From contig WBXG01000013.1 in NCBI GenBank assembly GCA_008932965.1, forward strand, positions 344 through 32,343: 32,000 bases of DNA. Direction: 5' to 3'. Below, one piece after another: positions 16,862-26,535 of this stretch; position 1 is the stretch's first letter; every line of letters starts with the position of its first letter. Below the pieces are notes generated by a model. That model saw only the letters and a program-made list of their open reading frames with translations. It searched no databases and was not told the DNA's origin. Position numbers and translations under genes: made by a program. The DNA comes from Verrucomicrobiota bacterium (GTDB lineage Bacteria > Verrucomicrobiota > Verrucomicrobiia > Chthoniobacterales > UBA6821).

Positions 16862-17668
16862 CTATAACCATGATCCAGCCTCCCTCCAGAGTGCACAAAG
16901 AATTTTTTCTGCTACTGAAGCCGATGGAAGGGGAGCATCACAATATCCATGCGCAAAAGATCCTGGAAATTTTGTAGCTATACGCTCTTGAATTCCTCGT
17001 TCTTTGGATGAGAAAGCCTGTTGCACAATCATAAGAGCTCCTTGATGAATAGCCTCAGAAATATCATTTTGTGCAAGCGTGGAAAACTCTAAGTGTACTG
17101 ATTCGAGAAAGTATTTTAATGAAGCGTTCGTTAAGAGAACAAATTGAAAAATATCCTCCCCTATCTGTTTTCGAAGTTTTCTTACAATAGCACCATCGAT
17201 GATTTGAGTTATTTCATTCTTCATTGAGCAAGAAGCACTCAAGAAGGCTAATCTTCGAAATCGACCTGGGGGCATCATAGCTAAATTCCAGAGTGGATCC
17301 TCTGGAGACCAAGCCACGGAGGAACTCCAGGACAGTTGAGATTTTAAAAGTGGATCCACATAGGCACTAACTCGAGAATCCGTTAAAAAGATCTTGAATA
17401 GAGAGCCAGGAAAAAAAGAAGTTAATAGCTCAAAAGAAGCATGACGTAGAGGTGAATTATTCCAATAAATCCATTGATCAATAGCAGAAGCGGCAGCCTC
17501 TCTTTTTATCCAAGCGTCAAGAAGTTCATCACTCCAAAGGTGAGAGCTGCTGCTTGGGACGATCTTGTTAAGATCCGAAGATTCTAGTGTGGAGTTCATT
17601 CCTGCTTCTTGGTTTATCCAAAGGGCCTTGCTTTTGAAACGTAAATCTGAAGTGGTTTTCGCGTTCAA
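16862..17668 (-). CDS. Probable sorting-platform protein SctK (YscK position)
   Basis: A 268-aa soluble protein between sctJ and sctL. The assignment rests on synteny. The sequence is poorly conserved, as is usual for SctK, and the start is uncertain (an alternative is Met24). Confidence 0.5.
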   Translation of the reverse strand: MNAKTTSDLRFKSKALWINQEAGMNSTLESSDLNKIVPSSSSHLWSDELLDAWIKREAAASAIDQWIYWNNSPLRHASFELLTSFFPGSLFKIFLTDSRVSAYVDPLLKSQLSWSSSVAWSPEDPLWNLAMMPPGRFRRLAFLSASCSMKNEITQIIDGAIVRKLRKQIGEDIFQFVLLTNASLKYFLESVHLEFSTLAQNDISEAIHQGALMIVQQAFSSKERGIQERIATKFPGSFAHGYCDAPLPSASVAEKILCALWREAGSWL

Positions 17669-17748
17669 TCCAGCTGAAAAATTTCCTTAACAAACTTTCT
17701 TTTCTTTCTTTCGAAATCCAAAAACAGTTTGGAATGGGTGAAGCTGGA

Positions 17749-18606
17749 TTACGTTTTTTCTTCTGTATCAGTGGAGGAGATGACCGGAGGTGATACCGTA
17801 AGAGTTGGAACGGAGAGAGGAGCATCCGGAGGATTTTTATTTTCTGATACGATCTCTGATTTCTTATTCAACAATTCCAAAACAATTTTTTTTCCAAAAA
17901 TAACAGCCACTACAAGAGCAATACTGATAAAAATAAATCCTAAAATCACGAACCAGAAATTCCACAAAGCGGACTTAGGAATTTTGATGCCAAAGAAAGA
18001 GACCTCTTGCTGCACATTCACAGGATAGTAGTAGTCAATGCTCTCGGACTGAACAATAACAACAGAAACATTATCGTAGTTGAGACCTTCAACACTCTTC
18101 ATCACCAGCGTTTTGATTTGAGGCACTAAAGTCGGAGGAACACTCCCTGGTCGGAACTTGAGAAAAACAGAGGCAGAAGAGGGGGTTAATGTTTCTGTGT
18201 AGGGATCATTTTTAGGTAATACTAAAGAAACTCTTGCAACTAAGACTCCATCAATGTGACTGAGGGTTTCTGAAATCTGCTGACTTAAGGCATACATAAA
18301 GCGAATTTTTTCTTCGCTTGGCGAGGAGACAATTCCTGTTTTTTTAAAAACTTCACCGATACCAGAAAATTTCTCGGATGGTATGCCATACCATTTTAAC
18401 AAGTCTGTTGCAGCAGCGAACTGCTGCCTTGGAACGGAGATTGAAAATAAATTTTCTTTCTGCGGTGTCTTGACCGCTTGAATATTTCTTACCAAAAGAA
18501 GCCCCATCATTGTATTGGCATCTGATTCTGATAAATTGGAATAGAGAATTTCCGGGCCACATCCTACAAGCATCAAGCAACCTAGGAGCACCACAAGAAA
18601 TTTCAT
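17749..18606 (-). CDS. sctJ: T3SS inner-membrane ring lipoprotein SctJ (YscJ/CdsJ)
   Basis: A signal peptide with lipobox (MKFLVVLLGCLMLVGC) appears from the Met at 18606; the ORF could extend to 18648. A YscJ/FliF-like periplasmic domain is present (LLVRNIQA...GVLVARVSLVLP). A C-terminal TM helix follows (FWFVILGFIFISIALVVAVIFG). Confidence 0.9.
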   Translation of the reverse strand: MKFLVVLLGCLMLVGCGPEILYSNLSESDANTMMGLLLVRNIQAVKTPQKENLFSISVPRQQFAAATDLLKWYGIPSEKFSGIGEVFKKTGIVSSPSEEKIRFMYALSQQISETLSHIDGVLVARVSLVLPKNDPYTETLTPSSASVFLKFRPGSVPPTLVPQIKTLVMKSVEGLNYDNVSVVIVQSESIDYYYPVNVQQEVSFFGIKIPKSALWNFWFVILGFIFISIALVVAVIFGKKIVLELLNKKSEIVSENKNPPDAPLSVPTLTVSPPVISSTDTEEKT

Positions 18607-18671
18607 ATAAAATTTCCCTTCAAGCAGTAAATATTTGAATCGTTTCACTCAATTAAAAAATAGAAGCTTTC

Positions 18672-19094
18672 ATGAAAAAACTTACCGTAGGCAACTCTCA
18701 CGATCCAATCAAGCAAACTTCGTCTTTATTACCATGGAGAGTCAAGCATCTCCCCTACCCACCAGAAACAGTTGAATATTCCCATCTTCAATTACGATGG
18801 GTCTCCTGTAAGAAAATCAAATTGCCTTGGATCACCATTCACAAAAGGGAAATAGACAAGCCAGGACCTTCTGTAAACTATGACCTTCTATGTTCTCAGC
18901 TTGAATCAATATTGAACCAAGAGGAAGTCTCAGGTTATGAGCTTCAATCACTCTACCCGACCCATTCTGGCTCCTACTCGGTGACCACAACACAAAAGCG
19001 GCCTCATCATCAATTTTTAAAAACACAAACTCCAAGCCACCATCTTCACAGCAAAGAAGCACTTCTCCTTATTTTTAAAAAGAAGGTGAATTAA
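18672..19094 (+). CDS. Hypothetical protein, divergent from sctJ (uncertain whether it is real)
   Basis: A 140-aa ORF in an AT-rich context where long open frames are unlikely by chance. It has no recognisable domain and no SD. It ends 12 nt before the repeat cluster. Confidence 0.35.
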   Translation: MKKLTVGNSHDPIKQTSSLLPWRVKHLPYPPETVEYSHLQLRWVSCKKIKLPWITIHKREIDKPGPSVNYDLLCSQLESILNQEEVSGYELQSLYPTHSGSYSVTTTQKRPHHQFLKTQTPSHHLHSKEALLLIFKKKVN

Positions 19095-19106
19095 GAATGA
19101 ATTTCC

Positions 19107-19391
19107 TTAACCCGAATATTTCATACTGAATCGTCATGAGGCGCCGCGAATCCTGATGCAGAAACCACTGGCGGTCGGGAGACCGCGGTGGAGACTGCCC
19201 TGGCTTTAACCCGCATATTTCACACTAAATCTATTACGGCTTGTGGAAAGCTCCTCATTACTGCGTTGGTCTCGAATTGTGATTTGGACAGTATGAAACA
19301 TACAGCCCGGCATCCCAATCCTTTGCCCGCCTTGTACTAATAAGCTTTGCACGGCGCCTCATGACACTTCAGTATGAAATATCCGGGTTAA
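19107..19391. mobile_element. Composite of two MITE-family units: a half element plus insertion module (19107-19209) abutting a full inverted-orientation copy (19210-19391)
   Basis: TTAACCCGAATATTTCATACTGAATCGTCATGAGGCGCCG lies at the left and its complement CGGCGCCTCATGACACTTCAGTATGAAATATCCGGGTTAA at the right. An internal second terminus CCCGCATATTTCACACTAAATC starts at 19210. Positions 19141-19209 match 272-340. Confidence 0.85.
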
Positions 19392-19416
19392 GATTCTCTA
19401 AGAAAATATTAAGAGG

Positions 19417-21780
19417 CTATTCTCCCCATTTCCAATGACGTATTTCCGGCATATCCTCCCCATGCTTATTGATGTACTCCTGATGCTCGATAAGTTTTTC
19501 TTTCATCTGCTTTTTGAGATAGACTCCAGTATTGCCAGTTTGTGGAAGGCGATTAATCACATCGATGACGAGATGGAAACGATCTAGTTCATTAAGCACG
19601 GTCATATTAAAAGCTGTTGTAATGGTTCCCTCTTCTTTGTAACCACGAACATGAAAGTTATGATGATTGGTGCGGCGGTAAATCAGTCGATGGATAAGCC
19701 ATGGATAACCATGAAAAGCAAAGATGACCGGTTTGTTTTGAGTAAAAAGATCATCGAAATCACCTTCATTGAGCCCATGAGGATGTTCTGTTTGTGGTTG
19801 AAGTTTCATAAGATCGACCACATTAATGATACGAATTTTTACTGCGGGTAGGTGTTCTCGTAAAATAGAGACAGCTGCTAAGGTTTCGAGAGTGGGAACA
19901 TCACCACAGCATCCCATAACGATATCGGTTTCCCCAGCCTGATCATTACTTGCCCAATTCCAGATGCCAATTCCTTCAGTGCAATGCGTAACAGCCTCTT
20001 CCATCGAGAGCCATTGTGGAGAAGGATGTTTGCCGGCGATGACAACATTGACATAGTGGCGACTTCGCAAGCAATGATCCATGACCGAGAGAAGAGAGTT
20101 GGCATCTGGTGGAAGATAGACACGTACGATTTCAGCTTTTTTGTTCACGACATGGTCGATAAAACCGGGATCCTGATGTGTGAAGCCATTATGATCCTGC
20201 CGCCAGACATGAGATGAGAGGAGGTAATTTAACGATGCAATCTTACTGCGCCATGGTAATTGGGAGCTAACCTTTAGCCATTTTGCATGCTGATTAAACA
20301 TCGAATCGATAATATGAATAAAAGCCTCATAGCAATTAAAAAGTCCGTGGCGGCCTGTGAGCAAGTATCCTTCGAGCAATCCTTCACATTGATGTTCACT
20401 GAGCATTTCAATAACGCGTCCCTCAGAGGCAAGAAATTCATCAGATGTAAGATATTCTCCCATCCACTGACGCTTGGTCACTTCGAAGACCGCTCCAAGT
20501 CCATTAGAGAGTGTTTCGTCAGGACCAAAAATACGGAAGTTTTTCTTTTCCTCATTCAGGGCAATAATATCACGTAAAAAAGGTCCTAGGATCCGCGTGT
20601 CGCCGATAGCCATGATTCCTGGCTCTAAAACCGGAATGGCATAATCACGAAAATCAGGTATCCGTAAATCGGTTAAAAGCATCCCCCCATTGGCATGAGG
20701 ATTAGACCCCATACGTCGCTCACCTCGAGGGGCAAGTTCTTGAATTGCTGGTTTCAGACGACCGTATTGATCAAAGAGTTCTTCGGGTTGGTAGCTTTTC
20801 AACCAATCCTCTAAGAGTTGAAGATGCTGGGGATCTTTTATGGGATTGGTGATAGGGACTTGATGAGCATGAAAGGTTCCCTCATTGGGAATACCATCAA
20901 TTTTTTTCGGCCCCGTCCATCCTTTGGGTGACTTTAACACAATCATCGGCCAACGAGGGCGTTCTTTTCTTTGAGACGAGAGGGCCTCTTCTTTTATTTT
21001 TTTAATCTCTTCGATGACGCAATCGAGTGTTGAGGCCATCTCCTCATGCATGAGCATGGGGTCCTCCCCTTCGACAAAATAGGGGTTCCATCCATAACCA
21101 CGAAGAAGCTGTTCTAATTCTTCATGGGAAATACGGGCTAGAAGTGTGGGGTTGGCAATTTTATAACCATTGAGATGCAGAATAGGGAGAACGACCCCAT
21201 CAGTTGAGGGGTTGAGGAATTTATTGGAATGCCAGGCTGTGGCGAGAGCTCCAGTTTCTGCTTCTCCATCTCCAATAACACAGGCCACATAAAGATCTGG
21301 ATTATCCAGAGCTGCTCCAAAGGCATGGCTTAATGAATAGCCAAGCTCCCCTCCTTCATGAATAGAACCAGGGCATTCAGGAGATACGTGACTTGGGATT
21401 CCTCCGGGAAAAGAAAATTGAAGAAAGAGTTTTTGGAGGCCCTCTTCATCCTGGCTGATGTTAGGGTAAATTTCACTGTAGCTCCCTTCAAGGTAAGTAT
21501 TGCTCACAAGCGCTGGACCACCATGTCCTGGGCCAGAGATATAGATCATATTGAGATCATATTTTTTGATGATGCGATTGAGGTGCACATAAATAAAATT
21601 TTGTCCTGGAGTTGTACCCCAATGGCCTAACAACATTTTTTTGATATCCGTAGTGGCTAGGGGTCGTTTTAGGAGTGGATTATTTGCAAGGTAAATCTGT
21701 CCTACAGATAGATAATTAGCAGCTCTCCAGTAAGCATCAATGTTGTGAAGGAGCTCTTGAGAAAGGGTATTTTTTTTCAT
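19417..21780 (-). CDS. xfp: Xylulose-5-phosphate/fructose-6-phosphate phosphoketolase
   Basis: The protein is 787 aa. XFP family signatures are present: [26 protein letters not shown] and GDGEAETG (ThDP binding). The length is typical. Confidence 0.95.
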   Translation of the reverse strand: MKKNTLSQELLHNIDAYWRAANYLSVGQIYLANNPLLKRPLATTDIKKMLLGHWGTTPGQNFIYVHLNRIIKKYDLNMIYISGPGHGGPALVSNTYLEGSYSEIYPNISQDEEGLQKLFLQFSFPGGIPSHVSPECPGSIHEGGELGYSLSHAFGAALDNPDLYVACVIGDGEAETGALATAWHSNKFLNPSTDGVVLPILHLNGYKIANPTLLARISHEELEQLLRGYGWNPYFVEGEDPMLMHEEMASTLDCVIEEIKKIKEEALSSQRKERPRWPMIVLKSPKGWTGPKKIDGIPNEGTFHAHQVPITNPIKDPQHLQLLEDWLKSYQPEELFDQYGRLKPAIQELAPRGERRMGSNPHANGGMLLTDLRIPDFRDYAIPVLEPGIMAIGDTRILGPFLRDIIALNEEKKNFRIFGPDETLSNGLGAVFEVTKRQWMGEYLTSDEFLASEGRVIEMLSEHQCEGLLEGYLLTGRHGLFNCYEAFIHIIDSMFNQHAKWLKVSSQLPWRSKIASLNYLLSSHVWRQDHNGFTHQDPGFIDHVVNKKAEIVRVYLPPDANSLLSVMDHCLRSRHYVNVVIAGKHPSPQWLSMEEAVTHCTEGIGIWNWASNDQAGETDIVMGCCGDVPTLETLAAVSILREHLPAVKIRIINVVDLMKLQPQTEHPHGLNEGDFDDLFTQNKPVIFAFHGYPWLIHRLIYRRTNHHNFHVRGYKEEGTITTAFNMTVLNELDRFHLVIDVINRLPQTGNTGVYLKKQMKEKLIEHQEYINKHGEDMPEIRHWKWGE

Positions 21781-22937
21781 AAATTAAAAATCCGGCAGAC
21801 AGAACGGGCAATCATGAGCTCCTCGTTTGTGGGGATCATATGTACGGTAACACGACTTTCTTTGGAAGAGATCAAGGAAGCATTTTTTTGGTTTGCTTCT
21901 TCATGAAGTTGGAGTCCTAAAAATTCTAATCCTCTACAAATACGTTCCCGGATGAGGGGAGCATTTTCGCCAATGCCACCACTAAAAACTAATGTGTCTA
22001 AACCTCCCAGTGCAGCAGTATAGGCACCAATCCATTTTTTTGTTTGATAACAAAAAAGTTCTACGGCTTCTGCTGCTCTAATATCCCTTTCTTCACAAGC
22101 AAGTAATTCGCTCATGTGAGAACTTGTCTCTGAAATGCCAAGCAGACCCGATTTTTCATTTACCATCTCAGAGAAAGCCTCGCTGGTCATCTTTTCTGTT
22201 TGTTCGAGATAGCGTGCTACACCAGGGTCCAAATCACCGGAGCGAGATCCCATGATTAATCCTGAAGTAGGAGTAAAACTCATACTTGTATCAATACTTT
22301 TACCATGATGCACGGCAGCAAGGCTTGCTCCATTGCCTAAATGAGCAAGAATAATACGGCCTTGAGCAGCATTTTTTTGAGATAATTCTTCCATGAGATA
22401 TTCATAGGAGAGGCCATGAAATCCAAATCGCTCTAGGCCTTTATTAAGGTAGTGTCGAGGGAGGGGAAGTAATTTTGCAACACGCGGCATTGTCTGATGA
22501 AAGGAGGTATCAAAGCAGGCGCATTGATCAAGATGAGGATACTGATGATAGAATGCCTCAATGAGGTTGAGTTCCTGTGGTAAATGATCGGGTGCATAGC
22601 GCTTAAGAGTGTGCAACTCTTGGAGTAAATTTGAATCAATGCGTTGTGGCGTACGATGAAACATTCCATGAACAACGCGGTGACCAATAATTGTTCCGCA
22701 ACAGAGTGCTTTCTGATGTTCTAACCAGTTTAGAAGAAAGGAAGCTGCCGATGTATGGTCGATGACTGAAGTCGTATCAACTAGGTGAGGCTTTTCTCCT
22801 TTTTTTTGAAAAAAAAGCGATGTGTTCTCTTGATTGATATTTTGAACTTTCCCTTGAAATAAGAGCTCTGTTTTTTGATAAAGAGCGAATTTAATACTTG
22901 AAGATCCAACATTGATACTGAGGATTTGGAACTTCAT
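21777..22937 (-). CDS. ackA: Acetate kinase
   Basis: The protein is 386 aa with the [17 protein letters not shown]-terminal motif and ASKHA-fold acetate/propionate kinase patterns. It overlaps xfp by 4 nt. Confidence 0.93.
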   Translation of the reverse strand: MKFQILSINVGSSSIKFALYQKTELLFQGKVQNINQENTSLFFQKKGEKPHLVDTTSVIDHTSAASFLLNWLEHQKALCCGTIIGHRVVHGMFHRTPQRIDSNLLQELHTLKRYAPDHLPQELNLIEAFYHQYPHLDQCACFDTSFHQTMPRVAKLLPLPRHYLNKGLERFGFHGLSYEYLMEELSQKNAAQGRIILAHLGNGASLAAVHHGKSIDTSMSFTPTSGLIMGSRSGDLDPGVARYLEQTEKMTSEAFSEMVNEKSGLLGISETSSHMSELLACEERDIRAAEAVELFCYQTKKWIGAYTAALGGLDTLVFSGGIGENAPLIRERICRGLEFLGLQLHEEANQKNASLISSKESRVTVHMIPTNEELMIARSVCRIFNL

Positions 22938-22943
22938 GAAGTT

Positions 22944-23549
22944 TTATTGCAAGTGACTCGTATCATTCCAAAGTCGAATAACAGGTTCAGAAGAATTATG
23001 CTCGTAACCAAGGATGCTTAGACTAGCAGTACTCAAAAGATAAAAGCGACCATCATTGGCTGGAAGGTCAAGCCATCGTGTAGCCAGCATCCTAAGAATG
23101 TGGCTATGGGCAAAGAGCAATATATCTCCTGGTGCTTCTTGTTGGAGTGATTTGATTTTTTGGATCAGTTGATCACAGCGCGTTGCAACCTGGTTCGGAG
23201 ACTCCCCACCGGGGCATCCATCCTTAAAAATAAGCCAATCTGGCTTTTTTTGTAGAATTTCTTTTGTGGTCAATCCTTCGTATTCACCATAATTCCACTC
23301 CAGTAAATAGGGCTCTGGTTGGACGAGATCCTTAAAACCAGCTAAGGCAGCTGTTTTCATTGCACGTTGCAAAGGACTTGAATAAACGTGAGTGAAAGAT
23401 TTTTTTTTAAGACGCTCTCCGAGCTGTTGTGCGTTTTTTTCTCCCTGAGGAGTAAGCGGAATATCGGTGTGACCGGTATGTTGACCTGAAAGACTCCAAG
23501 CTGTTTCACCGTGACGTGCGAGGTAGATTTGAGGAAGGTTGGATGGCAT
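22944..23549 (-). CDS. Histidine phosphatase family protein (GpmB/PhoE-like)
   Basis: The protein is 201 aa. It has the RHGET motif (IYLARHGETAWS) and a downstream catalytic His context (LFAHSHILRML). It is the first gene of the operon with ackA and xfp. Confidence 0.85.
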   Translation of the reverse strand: MPSNLPQIYLARHGETAWSLSGQHTGHTDIPLTPQGEKNAQQLGERLKKKSFTHVYSSPLQRAMKTAALAGFKDLVQPEPYLLEWNYGEYEGLTTKEILQKKPDWLIFKDGCPGGESPNQVATRCDQLIQKIKSLQQEAPGDILLFAHSHILRMLATRWLDLPANDGRFYLLSTASLSILGYEHNSSEPVIRLWNDTSHLQ

Positions 23550-23608
23550 AAATAATAATATTGTAGCGTTATTGATTCTATTAGAGCTGCTCGGTAGGGG
23601 ATTCTTTT

Positions 23609-23779
23609 CTACCCTTCATAGTGCTCCATATGGCGAATAAGACGAGCAGAACCTTTATTAAGATTGTTATCAAGACGAGCAGCATCTTTAGAAGATGTAT
23701 CGATAGCTGTGCAGGAGCAGAGCATTCCAACAATGAAAGATAAAAAAATCCTCCTAAAATAATATTGGTTTTTTTGCAT
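23609..23779 (-). CDS. Possible 56-aa small lipoprotein (below the ORF-track cutoff)
   Basis: My manual translation gives MQKNQYYFRRIFLSFIVGMLCSCTAIDTSSKDAARLDNNLNKGSARLIRHMEHYEG. It starts with a basic n-region, then a hydrophobic core, then an LCSC lipobox-like site. No SD is visible. Confidence 0.3.
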   Translation of the reverse strand: MQKNQYYFRRIFLSFIVGMLCSCTAIDTSSKDAARLDNNLNKGSARLIRHMEHYEG

Positions 23780-23842
23780 TGCTGAAAAATGAATGTTTAA
23801 AAAAAAGATTCAATATAATTGTATTTCTGTCACTCTCATTAA

Positions 23843-25381
23843 ATGGAAGTTGAAATCTTAGCTAGGATTCAGTTTGCATTCACGGTAGCTTTTCATTACA
23901 TCTACCCCCCTTTAACGATGGGCTTAGGGCTACTGCTAGTGCTGATGGAGGGGACATTTATTGTCACCGGAGATCGCATGTATCATCGTTTAGCCCACTT
24001 TTGGACACGCATTTTTGCTGTTATCTTTTCCATTGGAACAGCCACAGGCATTGTCATGGAGTTTGAGTTTGGCACCAATTGGGCTACCTATTCTCGTTTT
24101 GTTGGGGATATTTTTGGAAGTGCTCTAGCTGCAGAAGGTGTTTTTGCCTTTATGCTGGAGGCAGGCTTTCTTTCGTTACTTCTTTTTGGTTGGGATAAGG
24201 TAGGAAAAAAGACCCACTTTTTTGCTACCTGTATGGTTTGTTTAGGATCTCATTTCAGTGCTATTTGGATTGTTGTTGCTAATTCCTGGATGCAGACACC
24301 TGCCGGCTATCACCTGGAATTATTTCAAAATGGTGTGCACTCGATTCTACCTGCTGATTATATTTTACAGACAGCTGATATAGGGCATGTACGTGCTGTA
24401 ATCGATAGTTTTTGGGAAATGGTGTTCAATCCCTCATCGCTACAACGCCTCTGTCATGTAATTTTTGGAACATGGCTATCGGGTTCTTTTCTTGTCATCA
24501 GTGTGAGTGCCTATTACCTCATTCGCGGTAGGCATCGTCGTTTTGCAGAGGCCTCGATGACGATAGCCATTTTTTTAGCGGCTGCGACTAGTGTCTTTCA
24601 ATCGATCAGTGCTGATGCTACTGCACGTGGTGTTGTTCAACATCAACCTATTAAGTTGGCAGCTATGGAAGGGGTTTATCATACCGCTCCTTATACTCCG
24701 ATGAATCTCTTCGGCTATGTGGATGCATCGCAACAAACTGTCTACTCGATTCAAATACCAGGATTGCTCAGTCTATTAGCATTTCATAATATAAAGACAC
24801 CTGTGATTGGACTGGATCAACTACCTTCTGATGCATTTCTTGCCGCTAGAAATCCTGGAAAATCAGCTCAGGAACTTGCTGCACTACGTCCTCAATATTG
24901 GCCTAAAGTTCAAGGAGTTTTCCAAACATATCACATCATGATTATTTTTGGATCGATCGTTTTTGGAATGGCCTTTTTCTCTCTCTTTCTATGGTGGAAG
25001 GGATGGCTCTTTAGGACTGATTCACTTCTGGTGCGCCTCTGGCTTTTCTTATTAATTTTCTCTGTTTTGTTTCCACAGATCTGCAATCAAGCTGGATGGT
25101 TTACTGCGGAGATGGGACGTCAGCCTTGGGTCGTGTATAATATCCTTAAAACCTCACAAGCATTTTCAAAAAAAGTTTCCTCGGATCAAGTGCTAGGCTC
25201 TCTTCTTCTCTTCTTTGCTATTTATAGTCTCCTTTTCTTTGCCTTTCTTTATCTCTTAAATCGAAAAATTCAACATGGTCCTGATGATCCTGAAGAAGAT
25301 CCTGAACCGTTGGAAGATGGAAAACGTGACTTTTTCTATCAACTTATGGTGGGTACTGACTCCTCACGTGCTTCTTCATAG
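23843..25381 (+). CDS. cydA: Cytochrome bd ubiquinol oxidase subunit I
   Basis: The protein is 512 aa. The N-terminus ILARIQFAFTVAFHYIYPPLTMGL is typical of CydA. It is polytopic, with a GRQPW motif near the C-terminus (AEMGRQPWVVY). Confidence 0.95.
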   Translation: MEVEILARIQFAFTVAFHYIYPPLTMGLGLLLVLMEGTFIVTGDRMYHRLAHFWTRIFAVIFSIGTATGIVMEFEFGTNWATYSRFVGDIFGSALAAEGVFAFMLEAGFLSLLLFGWDKVGKKTHFFATCMVCLGSHFSAIWIVVANSWMQTPAGYHLELFQNGVHSILPADYILQTADIGHVRAVIDSFWEMVFNPSSLQRLCHVIFGTWLSGSFLVISVSAYYLIRGRHRRFAEASMTIAIFLAAATSVFQSISADATARGVVQHQPIKLAAMEGVYHTAPYTPMNLFGYVDASQQTVYSIQIPGLLSLLAFHNIKTPVIGLDQLPSDAFLAARNPGKSAQELAALRPQYWPKVQGVFQTYHIMIIFGSIVFGMAFFSLFLWWKGWLFRTDSLLVRLWLFLLIFSVLFPQICNQAGWFTAEMGRQPWVVYNILKTSQAFSKKVSSDQVLGSLLLFFAIYSLLFFAFLYLLNRKIQHGPDDPEEDPEPLEDGKRDFFYQLMVGTDSSRASS

Positions 25382-25476
25382 AGGCTTTCTGTAAGAGTGA
25401 AAAAATAGCTAGGAAATTGGAAAGTTGAAATTGAAGAAACAATAAAGAAAAACTGTAGATTGCAACTTATAAAGAT

Positions 25477-26535
25477 ATGGCCATACATTTTTTGAGTCAC
25501 CTTTTGGAAACCATCACCCCTTATTATACGATCATTTGGTTTGTGCTCGTAGGTGCTCTCTTTACGGGTTACTCCATGTTAGATGGATTTGATTTAGGAG
25601 TAGGTGTACTGCACCTCTTAGTTTCAAAGGATGAAGAGAGGCGCATTTTTCTCAATGCAATCGGTCCTGTCTGGGATGGTAATGAAGTCTGGTTAGTGGT
25701 TGGGGGAGGTGCTCTCTTTGCTGCTTTTCCGGGCGCCTATGCAACGGTCTTTTCTGGTTTTTACATGCCCTTTATTTTTCTCTTAGTCTTCTTAATTTTT
25801 AGGGCCGTTGCTATAGAATTTAGAAGTAAGGAACCGAGCACCTTGTGGAGGCAAACGTGGGATCATCTTTTTGCAGTAGGAAGTATTCTTGCTTCCTTCA
25901 TGCTGGGAATCACCCTAGGGAATCTTACACGGGGAATTCCCCTTGATGCAGAGGGAGAATTTATAGGTACTTTCTGGGATCTATTAAATCCTTATAGTCT
26001 CTTTATGGGGGTCACGGTGGTAGTGCTCTTCGCGATGCATGGATCCATTTACTTAGTGATGAAAACCGAGGGAGCCTTGCAAGAACGAGTAAAATCCTGG
26101 GTGCCCTACCTTATTCTTCTTTTTGTTGCTTGTTATTTCATTTTTAATTTTTCAACGCTTATCGTTGCACCTCATCTTGCTGAGATAGTATTTTCTCGGC
26201 CATGGATATTTGGAGTTTTAGGCTTAGACATGTTTTTCCTTTGGAAAGTTTGGACCTTCGTAAAGCAAGGCAAAGAGCTCCTTGGGTTTCTTTGTTCCTG
26301 CATCATGATGGCCTTGTTGCTTGCTACTTTTGGTCTTACTTACTATCCAAATATGGTTCTTTCTCACCCCCATCCCGAAAACAGCGTTACTATTTTTAAT
26401 GCTGCTTCTACCTCAAAAACATTAGGCCTTCTCTGTGTTATTGTTCTGCTAGGTATTCCAATGGTTGTCAGTTATACAACAAGTGTCTACTGGATATTTC
26501 GAGGAAAGACACGATTAACCGACACGAGTTACTGA
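25477..26535 (+). CDS. cydB: Cytochrome bd ubiquinol oxidase subunit II
   Basis: A 352-aa polytopic protein downstream of cydA. It has a CydB-like N-terminus (YSMLDGFDLGVGVL...GPVWDGNEVWLVVGGGALFAAFP). Confidence 0.92.
   Translation: MAIHFLSHLLETITPYYTIIWFVLVGALFTGYSMLDGFDLGVGVLHLLVSKDEERRIFLNAIGPVWDGNEVWLVVGGGALFAAFPGAYATVFSGFYMPFIFLLVFLIFRAVAIEFRSKEPSTLWRQTWDHLFAVGSILASFMLGITLGNLTRGIPLDAEGEFIGTFWDLLNPYSLFMGVTVVVLFAMHGSIYLVMKTEGALQERVKSWVPYLILLFVACYFIFNFSTLIVAPHLAEIVFSRPWIFGVLGLDMFFLWKVWTFVKQGKELLGFLCSCIMMALLLATFGLTYYPNMVLSHPHPENSVTIFNAASTSKTLGLLCVIVLLGIPMVVSYTTSVYWIFRGKTRLTDTSY

Noticed and set aside
16768-17825. ORFs 16768-16977 (+) and 17568-17825 (-)
   Set aside because: They overlap the better-supported SctK-position gene and the sctJ 3' end in other frames or on the other strand. 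Their sequences are low-complexity and not protein-like.
600-18648. Interpretation of the cluster as a flagellar export apparatus
   Set aside because: A YopN/CopN-type gatekeeper, an FHA-type SctD, a YscJ-type lipoprotein and class I and TPR chaperones are present. FliF, FliG, FliM, hook and rod genes are absent. This points to an injectisome.
18832-19062. 76-aa minus-strand ORF upstream of sctJ as a candidate needle (SctF) or inner-rod (SctI) gene
   Set aside because: It is Cys/Trp-containing and lacks the helix-turn-helix, PxxP and conserved C-terminal pattern of needle proteins. It overlaps the longer plus-strand ORF, and nothing else supports it.
107-19400. Claiming a tRNA-integrated genomic island with defined att sites
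   Set aside because: I found no direct repeat of the tRNA-Ser 3' end near the far boundary. The weak GGTCTCGAATTGTG at about 19268 belongs to the repeat element. No integrase is present either. I kept this only as a hypothesis in the findings.
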